Assembly: GCA_963677925.2 (NCBI GenBank)
Contig: CAXXYH010000004.1
Coordinates: 544,001-608,000, forward strand
Origin: Spirochaetia bacterium
GTDB taxonomy: Bacteria; Spirochaetota; Spirochaetia; UBA9216
DNA: 64,000 bases
Direction of reading: 5' to 3'
Of this stretch, positions 62,009 to 64,000 are shown piece after piece. Every line of letters starts with the position of its first letter. Position 1 is the first letter of the stretch. The notes below the pieces were generated by a model. That model did not search any database and was not told the DNA's origin. It saw nothing but the letters and a program-made list of their open reading frames with translations. The position numbers were made by a program, and so were the translations under genes.

Positions 62009-63232
62009 ATGAAAACTATTAATCTGACAATCCCCGATGAATTAGCTGAAAAATACGGATTCAGTCGGGATGGGCAGTACGATATAAAAGAATATGCTGA
62101 CGGAATTTTTATCAGGCAGTCTTCAGATATCCTTAAACGTATTTACCTTGAGGTAACCAATCAATGCAATCTGAAATGCAAGACCTGTGTCAGAAATGTC
62201 TGGGAAGAAAAAAACGGATTGATGTTCTATACGGATTTTCTGAAAATTATTGAAGATACCGGCAGGATGCTTGCCGGGAATGAGCAGCCTTTTACTTTTA
62301 TCTTCGGAGGCTGGGGCGAGCCGCTTATTCATCCTGATATTTTTAAAATGATCCGCGAAATAAAAAAATACGGATGGCGGACCGAACTGATTACTAACGG
62401 AACCCTGCTTAGCAGTGATACTTCAGAAAAACTGATTGATGCCGGCCTGGATATTATCTGGGTTTCTCTGGATGGAGCAAAGCCTGAAAGCTATAAGGAT
62501 GTCAGACTTGGAAATATGCTTCCTGTGATTCTTGAAAATCTAAGTAATCTTAGGAAGACCAAGGTTCTGAAATTTTCAGAAACCCCTAATCTGGGTATAG
62601 CCTTTGTTGCTATGAAGAGCAATATAAAAGACCTGCCGGGAATAATTGATATATGCCGCAGAATGAATGCTGTGAAGCTTTCGGTGAGTAATGTCCTTCC
62701 CTTTACAGAAGAACTGGCTGAGGAACGTCTGTATAAAATGTCTTCAGGAAACTGGTGGGGGCGGGGAGACATTGAAATCTCTTTTCCCAGAATTGATGTT
62801 TCCGATGAGGTAAGCGAAATAATAAAAACAACTGCCGGTGCAGGCGGCTGGTATTCAATTGCAGGAAATGAGCGGGACCAGAGAATTGGTGTCTGTCCTT
62901 TTATGAAAAAAGCAAGCCTTTCGATCCGCTGGGACGGCAAAGTAAGTCCATGTACACCGCTTTTTTACAATAGTGAATCCTACCTTGATAAAACTCTCCG
63001 AAAAAGCGATGCCTGTCATTTCGGGGATATTCATTCAGGGAGTCTGTCCGAAATATGGATGAAGTCCGAATACCGTGAGTTCAGAAAAAGGCTTCAGTTT
63101 GAAGAATTTTCTCCATGCACCTACTGCAACTCCTGTGAGATGGCTGAAGACAATGGTGAAGACTGTTTCGGAAACAATCACCCCTCCTGCGGCGGATGTC
63201 TGTGGCAGCAGGGATTCATTCAGTGTCCGTGA
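62009..63232 (+). CDS. Radical SAM/SPASM protein, tungsten-cofactor-oxidoreductase maturase type (TIGR04317-like)
   Basis: AbrB-like N-terminus (LTIPDELAEKYG); CNLKCKTC; GGWGEP; CPF...DGKVSPC; CTYCNSC..AE.N..DCFGN..PSCGGCLW..G.I.CP. Confidence 0.8.
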   Translation: MKTINLTIPDELAEKYGFSRDGQYDIKEYADGIFIRQSSDILKRIYLEVTNQCNLKCKTCVRNVWEEKNGLMFYTDFLKIIEDTGRMLAGNEQPFTFIFGGWGEPLIHPDIFKMIREIKKYGWRTELITNGTLLSSDTSEKLIDAGLDIIWVSLDGAKPESYKDVRLGNMLPVILENLSNLRKTKVLKFSETPNLGIAFVAMKSNIKDLPGIIDICRRMNAVKLSVSNVLPFTEELAEERLYKMSSGNWWGRGDIEISFPRIDVSDEVSEIIKTTAGAGGWYSIAGNERDQRIGVCPFMKKASLSIRWDGKVSPCTPLFYNSESYLDKTLRKSDACHFGDIHSGSLSEIWMKSEYREFRKRLQFEEFSPCTYCNSCEMAEDNGEDCFGNNHPSCGGCLWQQGFIQCP

Positions 63233-63242
63233 TCCTGAGTCT

Positions 63243-64000
63243 TCAGTTAATTGGAAAAGTGATAGTAAAGATTGTCTCTATTCCCAACTTTGAATTGATG
63301 GTCAATTCACCTGCTATCTGATCTACAAGAGCTCTGGTGATTGTAAAACCAATTGCCTCTTTCTTTTCCATCACCTTGTCAAAATCTATTCCAAGACCGT
63401 TATCTGATATTTTATAGACAACCTGTTCTGTTTCCAAGTGCTTCATACTGATCATGATCTTTGGATGATCCATTTCCCTGTTAAAGGCATGTTTTAGAAT
63501 ATTCGTAATTATTTCATTAGTTATCAGGCCTATTGGTATAAGTGTATCCAGATCAAATTCAATCTCATCAATATCGAGCTCTTTCTCTATTTCCAGACCC
63601 TCCGGCTTAAACGTAAGAATAAGATCCGAAATAAAGTCCATCAGGTAGTCTTTGATATTTATACTTTTTATTTTTTCATTAGCATAAAGATATTCATGGA
63701 TAGATGCCATGGTTTCTATCCGTTGAATGGAATCCAGAAGTGGCTGCTTTGTTTCATCTTCTTCCAGGGCGGTACATTTAAGATTTAAAAGAGAAGAAAT
63801 TACAGTCATATTATTTTTCACACGATGATGTATTTCCCTCAGTAATATTTCTTTTTCCATGAGTGATTCTTTTATTCTTTCTTCACTTTCTCTTCGCCGC
63901 TGTACCTCATCTTCAAGCTCTTCAATTTTTTTCTGAAGTTCAGGATAATAGCTTTTTCGGGAAGAAAATTCCCCCAGCCCCAATAGCTGGCCTAATTCAT
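63243..64000 (-). CDS. HisKA_2 sensor histidine kinase (start lies beyond the window)
   Basis: LLREIHHRVKNN, GLITNEIITN..KHAF, DNGLG; frame is open to the window edge (ELGQLLGLGEFSSRKSYYPEL). Confidence 0.88.
   Translation of the reverse strand, partial: ELGQLLGLGEFSSRKSYYPELQKKIEELEDEVQRRRESEERIKESLMEKEILLREIHHRVKNNMTVISSLLNLKCTALEEDETKQPLLDSIQRIETMASIHEYLYANEKIKSINIKDYLMDFISDLILTFKPEGLEIEKELDIDEIEFDLDTLIPIGLITNEIITNILKHAFNREMDHPKIMISMKHLETEQVVYKISDNGLGIDFDKVMEKKEAIGFTITRALVDQIAGELTINSKLGIETIFTITFPIN

Noticed and set aside
61674-63232. RiPP system (small ORF as precursor for the SPASM enzyme)
   Set aside because: The enzyme's Cys-rich C-terminus matches the tungsten-oxidoreductase maturase type; no RRE, peptidase or transporter is adjacent, and the ORF is divergent.
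845-63293. Many 60-150 aa ORFs antisense to or nested within long genes
   Set aside because: They are shadow frames of well-supported genes, with no SD or recognisable motifs.
1-64000. CRISPR array, tRNA/rRNA, IS or integrase genes
   Set aside because: No regularly spaced repeats, cloverleaf or rRNA signature, or DDE/tyrosine/serine recombinase motifs were seen.

Overview
AT-rich bacterial chromosomal segment, most consistent with a free-living Spirochaetaceae-type organism. This is inferred from the spirochaetal lipoboxes, the 'VFAGGTQE' binding-protein signal and a TPR-like protein resembling spirochaete proteins. It holds about 58 densely packed genes. These cover housekeeping and amino-acid genes (lysA with a TrmB regulator, argO/argP, a polar amino-acid ABC transporter, acnA, an M20 dipeptidase), transporters, and a DUF1611/epimerase (dgcN/dgcA-like) operon. 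Also present are an OYE-FMN_bind-FAD reductase with a signal-less ApbE and a tungsten-oxidoreductase-type radical SAM maturase. I saw no rRNA, tRNA, CRISPR array, transposase or integrase. The strongest signals missed by the ORF track are: (1) a 2.8 kb cassette of five unrelated lipoprotein genes bracketed by a 46-bp direct repeat that duplicates the argP 3' end and terminator; (2) a second AT-rich lipoprotein operon beside a SARP/BTAD-TolB-TPR regulator, followed by four TG(T/A)AA(C/T)(G/A) repeats at 11-12 bp spacing; (3) a czcD (NiCo) riboswitch with terminator upstream of a CDF exporter; (4) three genes interrupted by one in-frame stop, including a small ORF with YY-UGA-P (possible selenoprotein) divergent from the radical SAM gene; (5) a structured, SD-sequestering leader on an RRM gene. 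All family calls are from motif recognition by eye; no database search was run.
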